Shown here one piece after another: positions 27,743-38,400 of a stretch of DNA of 64,000 bases. The DNA comes from Desulfovibrionales bacterium. GTDB taxonomy: Bacteria > Desulfobacterota > Desulfovibrionia > Desulfovibrionales > Desulfomicrobiaceae. The notes below the pieces were generated by a model. It searched no databases. It saw nothing but the letters and a program-made list of their open reading frames with translations, and was not told where the DNA came from. How positions within the stretch are numbered: the stretch's first letter is position 1; each line of letters begins with the position of its first letter. Both the position numbers and the translations under genes were made by a program. Location: positions 2,060-66,059 of the forward strand of contig JAAYGN010000197.1 of assembly GCA_012727715.1 (NCBI GenBank), given 5' to 3'.

Positions 27743-28803
27743 TCCTTATCCAGGAATAAGGGGCCCAGAGGTCCCACCAGACGCACAAAATCCTCATATT
27801 GTGGAGCACCATTAAACAACATAAAAATCTCGTCAGCCATGGCCACTGGATCCATATCTGGGTATTTTTCTGGATAAGCTGTCTTGGCCATAAAAAAGGC
27901 GTTAATGTAAAGTATTTCTGGATTATTCCAATACGAAGTATGCGGTAAAAGCACCCAGGCATTCTTGTTTTGTATGGCTTGCAGACGCTGATAATACTTG
28001 GGATTGATGCGTGCATCTTCAACAATAAGGGGTAACCCATTAGCATCTATAAATATAAGCGGCGGATTAGCCTGGAGTAAAAACTCCTTGTTAATAAAAT
28101 GGTGCCCTTGGCGGCCCGTACTATCCGCCACATTGCCCACACCAGCCATGATCATGGGAAAAAAATTTCCACTGGTACTTTTCAGGTCCTGATTGCCCCG
28201 ATAAGACAGGCCCCCTACATAGGCCATAGCTTGATCAGCTGGGTCTGGGCGATAGGTTAATTTCTTGGGCAAGGCCTTGATACCCGCTATCAGTTCCTCG
28301 GCCCGCTGGGTACAACCCAAGACGTCGCCTGTGAGTAAAATAGATGCAAAAAAGATCTCTTCGTCAAAAGCAGGTTGTCCCTGGCTGACAACCACAACTG
28401 GAGCCCGCAGTTTACGCTGGAAATTATCAGCCTCAGCAGGGTCAACTGATACCAAAAACACCACGTCTGGCTTAAGCTCTATGATGCGTTCAAAATTGGG
28501 AATGCGCACTGCCCCACCTTTGCACACCACAGGCAGGTCAGCCACCAGCTTTTTATTAAGCATAATATAGGGCTTGGACAGCTCGTCTTTTTCCAGATCC
28601 TCAACACCCACAACACGGTCCTGAGCCCCCATATAGGTAACAAAGGCCATGCTGCTGCCCAGGGCCAAGATCCGCTGGACCTTGTGCACTGGTGGAACTT
28701 CCACTGTGCGCCCCATGGCATCTCTGATGATTCGACCGTCATCGGCCCCGGCCCCTGTGCCCAACAAAATTGCCCATAATAACAAAACTATTTTTTTTGC
28801 CAT
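27739..28803 (-). CDS. Class III (Fe-siderophore/cobalamin-type) periplasmic binding protein
   Basis: Signal peptide, DAMGRTVEVP, NFERIIELKPDVV, KEFLLQANP. Confidence 0.85.
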   Translation of the reverse strand: MAKKIVLLLWAILLGTGAGADDGRIIRDAMGRTVEVPPVHKVQRILALGSSMAFVTYMGAQDRVVGVEDLEKDELSKPYIMLNKKLVADLPVVCKGGAVRIPNFERIIELKPDVVFLVSVDPAEADNFQRKLRAPVVVVSQGQPAFDEEIFFASILLTGDVLGCTQRAEELIAGIKALPKKLTYRPDPADQAMAYVGGLSYRGNQDLKSTSGNFFPMIMAGVGNVADSTGRQGHHFINKEFLLQANPPLIFIDANGLPLIVEDARINPKYYQRLQAIQNKNAWVLLPHTSYWNNPEILYINAFFMAKTAYPEKYPDMDPVAMADEIFMLFNGAPQYEDFVRLVGPLGPLFLDKD

Positions 28804-29567
28804 ACAATCATCTCAACCGAATAGTCCGTACGTTCTATATACTGTCCCTGATCATCTCGAAAGGCCTCAATATGCTCTCGCACCAGCTCTTCATCAGGTT
28901 CCACCTCATAACTACGTAAGGTGGTCAAACAGGAATCCAAGAGCTTTTCCTGGCTATGGGGTACCACCCATTGGTCTGTGACTGGCAAAGCCTTATAAGC
29001 AAAACCGCGTCGTTCCAGCCAATGACGCATGGTTTGAGCATTGTTAAATACCCTGGGGGTCAAATGATAATGAGTAAAAAGACCAGCCAAAACATCTGAA
29101 CGCATACTGTCTGAAAAGCCCATAAACACAACCCAATTGTGGGCAAAGGTCATGAGCTTGTCCGAACTTTCATCATTGTCAATAGCCGGGGTCATGGATG
29201 CAAAAACTACATCAAAAGTTTGTTCCAAGGAAAAATCATCCCAGGAGCTATGCACACAGGTGATATTGTGGATATGTTGTTGCCTGGCATCTTCTTCTAA
29301 AATACGCAGCATTTCATCGGAAATATCTACAGCCACCACTGAAGCTGCGGCACGGGCCAAACGAATGGTGTACATACCGCTACCAGAGCCCACATCTAAA
29401 ATATCCTTACCTCGAAAATCCACACCATTGTCTGTGGCCAGACGTAACATTCTGGCTTCGTAATTCGCATCGCCTTCCTCAAAGCGGGGAAAAGTACGTG
29501 CTTTGGCATTCCAAAACTCTCGGCCCTTGGGACCGCCTTGCTTTTTTTCTAATGCACACATGTCCAT
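28788..29567 (-). CDS. Class I SAM-dependent methyltransferase
   Basis: FWNAKA, ILDVGSGSG, VAVDIS.EML, FDVVFASMTP; ATG 29567 with SD AGGAG. Confidence 0.85.
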   Translation of the reverse strand: MDMCALEKKQGGPKGREFWNAKARTFPRFEEGDANYEARMLRLATDNGVDFRGKDILDVGSGSGMYTIRLARAAASVVAVDISDEMLRILEEDARQQHIHNITCVHSSWDDFSLEQTFDVVFASMTPAIDNDESSDKLMTFAHNWVVFMGFSDSMRSDVLAGLFTHYHLTPRVFNNAQTMRHWLERRGFAYKALPVTDQWVVPHSQEKLLDSCLTTLRSYEVEPDEELVREHIEAFRDDQGQYIERTDYSVEMIVWQKK

Positions 29568-29719
29568 GACACTCCTATCAAGAACAAACACCAAATAGTG
29601 TTACAATTAATTATAGCCCCAAAGATTGCTCATCAATGCATCAATCCAGGATGTTGCCCAAAATATCCCTGATTGCTGGCGTCCATCCTCTCTGGTCAAT
29701 GGTACTTATTTGCTCCGAC

Positions 29720-31933
29720 CTAGAACACCCATTTACAACTCACTCCTGCATTAAAGCCCATAGCTGGGTATCCCCAGGATTCTTCATAATGGGCTCCGGT
29801 AATATTATCAGCGTAGGCCTCAAAAGATAAATGTTCATTAAATTTGTAGCCCAGGCTTGTTCCCAAGGTAACGTAGTCATGTAAAGTTCCTTGAGAGAGA
29901 TTTACAGTGTTAATATAGTATTTGCGCTCACCCACGTAGGTCAGGTTGGCATCCAGGTTCCACTCAGGGTTGATCTGCCAGGAAAAGCCAAGGGTTCCTT
30001 TCCAATTGGGGATATACTCCAGGTTCTTCATCTCGTTATTGGGATCTGAAGGATCGTTTTTCTTTTTATTGTCTTGCCAGGTAGCTGTACCCTGGACTTT
30101 CAAGTTCTCCATTAGGTTATAACTCGCTCCTAAAGTAAGACCATAAATTTCCGCATCCACATTATACGCTGACCAAGCTTGGTAGCTCGGTCCGCGACTC
30201 ACATAAACGGGTTTATGAACAATATAATCATCAATATTGTAATAAAATCCAGACACTTTAACAAACCCCTTGTCTGGGAAACGCCATTGGTAGGCCAAAT
30301 CCAACCCTTTGGCTGTTTCTGGCTTCATTTCCTTGCCTATCAAATAGGGCACGTTAATGGTGTTGTCATTGGAAGAGGCCTGAGAGGCCCAATAGAGTTC
30401 AGGCATGGAAGGAGTACGGTAATTTTGATAAGCAGCAATGGAGGCGGAGTGATTCTCAGCAAAATCCCAGGTCAATGTCGCCTTGGGCGATAAGGCTTGA
30501 CCACTGTATTTTCGATCCTGATCATCAGGTCGATAGCTATAGCTGTCAAAACGCAGGCCAAAATCCAGGGTCAAGGTATCAGTCCAAGAAAAAGTATCCC
30601 CAATAAAAGCACCCCAAATGGTGGCCCCATTATTGGCATCAGTGGAATCCATGCGCCCTGTCCATCCATTGGATCCATGTTTGTTGTAATTTTCATCGAC
30701 CATTTTGACATCAGTCTTGCCCGAGCGCAGCTTCTTATATTCTACCCCGGCTATGAAAGAATGATCCTCAAGATCCAGTCCTGTTTTTATTTTGTAACCA
30801 TAGGACCTATCCACCACAATATCTCGGTCCAAAACCATATCCCCATCCCTGGTCAAGGAAGGATTAAACGTATCCGGAGGCGGGTTCATCGCCTGTAATT
30901 GTAAACGGGCATCCACATCAGCATAATTCTTTTCCCGCCTGCTTTCATAATTTTGAAAAGCCATGACTTCAAAATACGCGTTATCAAAAACTTCCTGAAA
31001 ATAGGTGATATCCAGCAGATGTCGAGTCTTGACCCAATGGGCATCATCACCAATAACATTCATGGATGGACCAGGAGCACCACCGGCAAAATACTCGCCG
31101 CTGGCCACTGGATACTTACTGTCAATAGCTGTGTTAAAGCCGGTCACATGTGGATTAGAGTCTGTAGTGGGATTTCCATCAGCACGGTTACTGCGAATGA
31201 GGCCACGTTCTGTCAGGCTAAAATTATAGCCCAGCGTCAATTCTCCATGCCAGGGTAAATCAAGGTAGACTTTGGGATTAAAATGAAAGGAATCATAATC
31301 ATTGTTACGCAAAAAAGCATCTGCATGTTGTTGGCTGATACCTAAACTAATGCCCAACGCATTAAATTTTTGAGAATAGGAACCCCGGATATTATAAAAA
31401 TCCCAAGGGTCATCCCAGCCACCCACCGTACCGTACAAGCTCATATACGGATCTTCAGTGGGACGTCTGGTATAGGCATTAATGACTCCACCTAAAGCAC
31501 TATTTCCGTATTCAATGGAGCTACCACCCTTAATAACTTCAATGCGCTCAATATTATCCAGGGGAATAGTGCCAAAATCGATATAATTACCACCCACAGT
31601 ACCTGTGGATACAATATTACGATTATCCAAATTGAGCATGACCCGCTTGGACTCAAAGCCACGAATGGAGATAATATCACTGCTGTCTCCAAAGGCAGCT
31701 TTACGCTTAAAGGAAATTTCTGGATCACGAACCAAAAAGTCCGCCACATTATTGCTGCGATTTTTCTCCACGACAATGGCTGAGGTGCGGTCTAGCTGCT
31801 CTTCATCCATTGCACCCGTCACAGTCAAAGCATCAAGCATAAACACATCGTGCATCAGGTTCTCGCTACCTGCAGCCCAAAGCCATACAGGATAAAGTAG
31901 AACAACAAAACAGACCCCAGCAAAAATACGCAT
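29720..31933 (-). CDS. TonB-dependent outer membrane receptor
   Basis: Signal peptide, TonB-box-like LDALTVTG, plug ISIRGF...IERIEVIKGGSS..YGNSALGGVIN, C-terminal Phe. Confidence 0.92.
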   Translation of the reverse strand: MRIFAGVCFVVLLYPVWLWAAGSENLMHDVFMLDALTVTGAMDEEQLDRTSAIVVEKNRSNNVADFLVRDPEISFKRKAAFGDSSDIISIRGFESKRVMLNLDNRNIVSTGTVGGNYIDFGTIPLDNIERIEVIKGGSSIEYGNSALGGVINAYTRRPTEDPYMSLYGTVGGWDDPWDFYNIRGSYSQKFNALGISLGISQQHADAFLRNNDYDSFHFNPKVYLDLPWHGELTLGYNFSLTERGLIRSNRADGNPTTDSNPHVTGFNTAIDSKYPVASGEYFAGGAPGPSMNVIGDDAHWVKTRHLLDITYFQEVFDNAYFEVMAFQNYESRREKNYADVDARLQLQAMNPPPDTFNPSLTRDGDMVLDRDIVVDRSYGYKIKTGLDLEDHSFIAGVEYKKLRSGKTDVKMVDENYNKHGSNGWTGRMDSTDANNGATIWGAFIGDTFSWTDTLTLDFGLRFDSYSYRPDDQDRKYSGQALSPKATLTWDFAENHSASIAAYQNYRTPSMPELYWASQASSNDNTINVPYLIGKEMKPETAKGLDLAYQWRFPDKGFVKVSGFYYNIDDYIVHKPVYVSRGPSYQAWSAYNVDAEIYGLTLGASYNLMENLKVQGTATWQDNKKKNDPSDPNNEMKNLEYIPNWKGTLGFSWQINPEWNLDANLTYVGERKYYINTVNLSQGTLHDYVTLGTSLGYKFNEHLSFEAYADNITGAHYEESWGYPAMGFNAGVSCKWVF

Positions 31934-32306
31934 GCGCCCCCCTTACTTTAATTCCTCGTACACCTTGTCCAAACATACAATCCTGGACAATACCTTTAAC
32001 CATGTATTACGAAAAAATCAGATCAGTTTTATACTTATGTTATCATTAAATAGCATTAATGCGAAATTCGTATACACCTAAAAAAAATAGGTCAACACTT
32101 TTCACATACTTCTCAAAATCATCGCAAAGATGACATGAAAAAAGACGATTTGTGATAATCTGTTTTTAGCCCAAATAGATGAGGAAAAGACAAAGAGGGA
32201 AGGTTTAAAGGTATATCGCCCAGGGTCCAATCTGGAGAAAAAAGGTATGAGGCAGAGCTTAAGAAATGCCTTGCAGTATAATTTTATGGTTCAGTCGAAA
32301 ACTACG

Positions 32307-33728
32307 TTACCGGGTAGAAATGCGTTGTAACTCTTGCTCAAGAAAATGTTGGAAACGCTGCTCAGCAAATGTGCTCGCTTTAGAAGCGTCAGCGGTAGCC
32401 ACTGTAGTTAGAGATTTAAAAAATTCCATACACAGAGCGCGGTCTGACCTGCTCCAGGTATCACTTAAGCCAAGCTTGCTTCGAGGTTCCACAGCCATAA
32501 TAGGGACCACGTCCTGATCGCGGACAGCATGCGACCAGTGAATAACATGCCAGTATTGCAGTAAAAAACGGTCCAGAAGGACGAAGAACCATTGTGGGCT
32601 TGCAATAGGTCCTACCTGAATTTGGCGTTTGCCCACACCTAAACCCAAAATACGGGTGCGGACTAATTCTTCACCCTTGAAAAAAGCTCCCAAACCCGCA
32701 GCAGCACCACCTAATACTGTAAAAAGACCCAGGCCATGACCCAAGGTGGCCACATCTACAGCAGCCCCAGCTGCTGCTCCTGCTGCCGCCGCAGCTGTGG
32801 TTAATTTGCGTTTGCTCAGCCCAAAAACTGTCCAGGTAGCTTGAGAAAAAAGATCCTGGCGGAGTACTGATTGATCAGGAAGAACAAAACCACGTCGATC
32901 ATGGCGAAACAAGTCACACACCTGATCGTGCAAACGAGTTTCTGCTTTTCGAATCCGATCTTCCAGACGGCTGGTAAGTTTTGTCTCCACCTCTTCCTGG
33001 TCTGCATCTTCCCCCACATCTTGAACTTCGGACATGGCCAACACCTGAGACAAAAAATTACACACCAGGCTGGTGCACTCCACATTTCTTTGCTTCCAGT
33101 TTTGAACAAAGGCATCAATAACACGGTCCAGAGCTTGTTCCCAATCCTGGTCTAAAACGCGTAAACTTTCCAAAAGACGCAATCGTTCGGCAAAAGTAGC
33201 ACTCAAGGCATTAAATACACGCACCATATGAAAGTGCTTGCGCAATTCACTTTTCCACTCCTCAAGAAAACTTTCTTCACCTGTTTTGCAATTTAAAATG
33301 GCCATGCGTGGCCGGCCCGTAATACGTAAAATTTCCATTTCCGCCTTATCTATACGGCGTAACGGCCGGGAAGCATCCAGGACATAAATAATACCAGCCC
33401 CCTTGGTCAAAGGACCAAGCAGTTCCCCTTCATGGGCCAGACCTGGATCATTTTTACATTCCTCTAAAAACCTGGGGATGGCTTCAGATTCTGGGCCCTG
33501 ATATTTGCGCAACCAGCCCAAGGTTTGCACTGGATTTTGAAATCCTGGGGTGTCTGTAAAAATAATAATCGGCTGACCATCAACACAAATGGGATATTGT
33601 CTGGCTACAGTTGTTTCCCCTGGAGTGGGGCTAATGCGAATGCGATCATTTTCCACCAAAGTCGACACCACAGACGACTTACCTTCATTGGGGTGACCCA
33701 CAACTGCAAAATGAGGTATCATGTTCAT
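32307..33728 (-). CDS. DUF3482-type P-loop GTPase with C-terminal hydrophobic Gly/Ala helices
   Basis: GHPNEGKSS (G1), GETT, DTPG (G3); start overlaps upstream stop (ATGA 33728-33725). Confidence 0.8.
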   Translation of the reverse strand: MNMIPHFAVVGHPNEGKSSVVSTLVENDRIRISPTPGETTVARQYPICVDGQPIIIFTDTPGFQNPVQTLGWLRKYQGPESEAIPRFLEECKNDPGLAHEGELLGPLTKGAGIIYVLDASRPLRRIDKAEMEILRITGRPRMAILNCKTGEESFLEEWKSELRKHFHMVRVFNALSATFAERLRLLESLRVLDQDWEQALDRVIDAFVQNWKQRNVECTSLVCNFLSQVLAMSEVQDVGEDADQEEVETKLTSRLEDRIRKAETRLHDQVCDLFRHDRRGFVLPDQSVLRQDLFSQATWTVFGLSKRKLTTAAAAAGAAAGAAVDVATLGHGLGLFTVLGGAAAGLGAFFKGEELVRTRILGLGVGKRQIQVGPIASPQWFFVLLDRFLLQYWHVIHWSHAVRDQDVVPIMAVEPRSKLGLSDTWSRSDRALCMEFFKSLTTVATADASKASTFAEQRFQHFLEQELQRISTR

Positions 33729-35239
33729 GGCTTTTCCATAGTTGCTATGGTCAAAATATCCACTCGAAGAGGTGCAAGCCTGTCCAAAGCCTGACGCCAA
33801 ACCCTTTCCTCTATGTCAGATGGTGGAGTCAACCATTGTCCTGATTGTGGGCGGCCCACAAGAATCACAAAAAGACTACAGGTACCCTTTTGGTTATTCC
33901 CCCAATGAGCCAGAGCAGCCAAGGCCTCTCGAATAGGTGGCTGCCAGGCCTCAATTAAAAAAGCATAGCGCTCATGCCCACCTATCCAGTCCTGCTTCTT
34001 GTAGTCACGCAATGTATTTTCCAAATTTTTTTCTTCAAGTTCAGCCGTAACCACTGCTCCCAGTGGATAGCCACTAACCTGTTGAACCAGATTGTCTAAA
34101 CAAGACTTAAGGATACAGTCCTCAAGTTCAGGAGGAAGGACCAACACACAGCCCAAAGGCTCAAGGGACTGCTCAAACCCTTGGTTCTTTTTTGCTACAG
34201 AGCAAGTTTGAAGACTGTGCACCGGCAAAGGTGAACTCTGGGGTTCGCCCTGGCCAACATGATCTATCAAAGGTGCCTGCATTCGGTCTGTAATCCTTAA
34301 TTCATCTGGATGGACAAAAGTTTTTTCCAAGTGAAGCAAACCTTTTTTCGTAGCAAGCACAAGTAGGCCACGAGGAACCAGGGCATAAAAAAAGAGGCAT
34401 AGGCTTAAAAATGGCCACCAAGCAACGAGATCACTGCTCACCAAGCCGGTTATCCCTTCTTTTAAAATAATACGACTCCCTGCAATATGCTCAGGACTGG
34501 GTACCAATTCCCAGGATGTTGGCAGCCAGGACCAGGGCCAAGAAAGCACAGCAACTACCCGTTCCATACCCTGCACTCCAGAGGTCAAGGTGGACTGCCA
34601 GCCAAAGGCTAAATCTGTGACTGCCACACTGCCAAGCATACCAAGCAAAGATCCTGCCGCCAGGCTGATAGCAGCTATGTGCATTAACATCATGACTTCT
34701 CAAGCCAAAAAAGATGTGTAACGGCCCATAACCAACATGGAACGTAGAAATTCGCCTTGGGGTATCCAGCGAGCCCCCAGTCGAAGTAACGAAAGAATAG
34801 GTAGGAAAATCCAGGGGAAAGCTATCTTTTTGTGCATAAAACAACGGAGCATCAAAAAAATAGCGGCTAAAAAACTTAATGCAAACTGCGGAAAAACTGC
34901 GACCAACAAAAATACCGACACATTGACAGGATGAAGTCCAAAATACTGCAACAACCCACGCACCAAAGAAAAGCCAGCCATAAAACCAAAAAAAAGAACC
35001 AGCCATAACAGCAACTTTTTCACCCTGGACCACAACAATGATGGGCTCGAAGCCAAAGCCGCCTGGCGCTGAGCGTTTAACCAAAAGTGAAAATATTGCC
35101 CTGGGGATAAACCGTGCTTTTGGGCTTCAAGGCCCAAGGCACGGTCCCTGGACTGGATCGCACCCAAGTCCAAAGCACGGTCTTTTTCTAAAAACCACTC
35201 CAGATCCAAATAATCTCCAAGACGGCTAGTTCTGCTCAT
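33725..35239 (-). pseudogene. DUF2868 membrane protein interrupted by one in-frame TGA (34702-34700)
   Basis: ORFs 34700..35257 and 33725..34693 share a frame: ...TTG GCT TGA GAA GTC ATG ATG...; DUF2868-like DLAFGWQST, WWPFL, EAWQPP. Confidence 0.7.
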
Positions 35240-35467
35240 GGGCATGAATGATATCACCTGTGTCTATTGTTGGCAAAAACAACAAGGTCCCCATTGCTGG
35301 CCGCAAACATACTGTTTCTGCCCAAACAAGGTCTCCCAACTCTGCACAACATAGGAAAGTGAGTATAAATTTCTGGTTCAACGTTGATACTACCAATAAA
35401 ACATGATGCACACTCTGTTTTGGACTCCCATTTGAGCCAATAAGCAACACCTTGGAAAGATCATAAA

Positions 35468-38400
35468 ATGACTACCCCCAGATTGCCAATAGAACTTAAG
35501 TTGCGTATAAATTATAAAAATAACCAAAATTTTCTACTTATGACCACTAATTCTTGCTCACCACTCCAACAACCTACCAGCCAGACTGGAATACAAAGTA
35601 GGAAAGAGGAGTTTCTTCAGAAACAGGCTAAATTAGATACTGTTCGAGAAACGTTATTGGCTATTTTTGATGCTGTAACCACAACAGAAGACTTGGATGA
35701 ATTATTTCGTATAATTCATCAAGAACTGGGCAGGATTTTTGACGTTACCAATTTCTATATTGCCTTCTATGACCAAGCTACGGATATTGCCCATTTCCCC
35801 TATTGTGTTGACGAAAGAGATGGACAAATTGATGTGCGCCACAATGTCAGCCAAGCACCTTCGTTAACAGCTGAGGTCATTCGCCAAAAACGCCCTCTCT
35901 GTTTTACGAAAAAAGAATTTTTAGCCCGAGCAACTGATCCTTATTATGGACAGCTCATGGGTACTGCTCCTGAGATCTGGATTGGTGCCCCCTTGCGTGT
36001 GGCTGGAAAGGTCACAGGAGTTCTGGCGGTCCAAAGTTATACTGACCCCAATGCTTTCACTGAACGGGATATGGAGGTGCTGGACTCTGTCTCCTACCCA
36101 GTAGCCCTGGCCATAGACCGTAAACAAAATCTGGATGCTCTGCATAAAAAAGACAAACAATACCGAGAGCTTATTAATAATATCCCGAGTATTATCTTTG
36201 CTACCTCACCAACGGGCCAATTGGAACTCATCAGTCCTGCGTTTACCAGGATTACCGGCTACGCAGAAAAAGATTTTCTTGGACATCCCTGGCATGATTG
36301 GCCTGATGCCCAGCAATACCCCAAACTCGGAGCCTGGATTCTTCCACCATCTTCTGGAACAACCAAATCCCTGGGCTCGCTTATCCACCCCCAAGATCAA
36401 GGATATGTTCTGGGTGCCATTGAGGAAGCCTTTCAAAACTCCCACACCTATACCATAGATTACCGAATTATTCTGGCTGATGGACGCATCCACTTTGTCA
36501 CAGAAGAAGGGCTATTTATTGCCGATGGAAATGGGTATCGGGTGGAAGCCATGATTCATGATACCCACGACCAAAGGCTGGCTGAAGAAATTAATCAGGT
36601 TCTCTTTGAAATATCCAACGCAGTAAACACCGTCCCCAGCCTGGACAAACTTTATCAAACTATTCATCTGGAACTTGGACGAGTCATTGATGCCACGAAT
36701 TTTTATATTGCTCTGCATGACCACCAACGCGACCTCATTGAATTTCCATATCATCACGACGCAGACCCCATTCAAATTAAGCAGATCGCTCACGCTTCCC
36801 AATCCAAAGGATTTACTGCTCAGGTTATCTTCAGTGGCAAGGCTATTTTAGCTCAACATGAAGAAATCTTAGCCCGACATGCAAAACACAACCAAGAACA
36901 CTCACTTGGCACACCTGCCCAAATCTGGCTGGGTGTACCGCTGAAAATAAAAGATGAGGTCATCGGTGCTGTTGTTTGTCAAAGCTACACTAACCCTCAT
37001 TGCTATTCACAAAAAGACGTACAAATTTTAACCAGTGTTTCCGATCAGGTAGCCATTGCCATTGAACGGCGTCGTTCTTACGAAGCTCTACGCAAAAGCG
37101 AGGAACAAGTCCGCATTCTTTCCCTACAAACAGAACAATTCAGCCTGGCAGCAGCCACGCTTTTGGATAAAAAAAATCTCCAGGAAATTTTGGATAGTTT
37201 TTGTACGTCCATCTCCGAATATTCGGATTTTAGCCGAGTCATAATTTCTTTTTTTAAACCCGAGCATCCCTTTCGTGACATCGTGGCTTCCGATGGATTT
37301 GCCACCGCTGATCTGAAAAAAATACTAAAGATCCCTTCACCACCCGATCGTTTTATAAAAATTTTCAAGGTTGGGACCCAATTAAGTCGCCTGACCTATT
37401 ATGTACCCCATACGGCTGTGGATGTCTTTGACGGAGGATTTATTGCTACACCCAACCAATCACCATTGACTGAAGATGACTGGCATCCCCATGATAATGT
37501 TTTTGTGCGCATGAATGATTCCACAGGCAAACTGATCGGTGTCATCTCTGTGGATGCACCCAAATCCGGGAAAAAACCATCCGCAGAAACCATTCGTCCT
37601 TTGGAAGTGTTTTCCAGTCTCATTTCCCAGATCATTCTCCACAAAAAAGTACTGGACGAACTGGCCATTGCCAAGGCTGAAGCGGAACAGGCGGTGCAGG
37701 CCAAAAGCCAATTTTTAGCCAATATGAGTCATGAAATCCGCACTCCATTAAATGCTATTATTGGTTTGACGGATTTGGTTCTGGACTCCCCCTTAATTCC
37801 CCATCAGGCAGATTCTTTAAAAAAAATTCAGATTTCTGGTAAAAATTTGCTGAGTATCATCAATGATATCCTTGATTTTTCTAAAATTGAGGCAGACAGA
37901 CTCAGCCTCACCCCTGTGCATATTCCAGTTCGGGAAATTATTGCAGATATCTTTGATCTCATGACTCCTCTAGCCAGCAGTAAAAATATTGAGCTCATCT
38001 TTCATCCACGATCTCATCTCCCAGAAAAACTTTTTGCTGACCCCATACGCTTGCATCAAGTCCTGGTTAACCTTGTCAGCAATGCCATAAAATTTACAGA
38101 TAAAGGCCATGTTATTCTCTCTTTGGAAATGATCTCAGATGCTTTAGATACCAGCGCACAATTTCAAATTACCGACACAGGCATTGGCATACCAGAAAAT
38201 ATACAGCACAATCTTTTCCACCCCTTTTCCCAAGCAGATAGCTCCACAACTCGTCGCTATGGCGGAACAGGCCTGGGTCTGGCTATTTCCAAGCAATTGG
38301 TCACTCTCATGGGCGGTTTAATTTGGGTCAAGAGCACTGTGGATCAGGGCAGTACTTTTGGCTTTACCCTTCCGGGCCAAAGACCTTTGGATTTTCCCAC

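Noticed and set aside
31934-32306. Cobalamin riboswitch or Fur/NikR box upstream of the TonB receptor
   Set aside because: No B12-box motifs. The best Fur match is about 10/19 and the short palindromes (GCATTAATGC, AATAC-N10-GTATT) are weak.
32760-32810. GCT/GCC-rich pseudo-repeat
   Set aside because: It simply encodes the Ala/Gly-rich helix of the GTPase.
34640-34702. Selenocysteine recoding of the DUF2868 UGA
   Set aside because: Only 4-bp hairpins lie downstream, the context is membrane-protein-like and a TGG-to-TGA change explains it.
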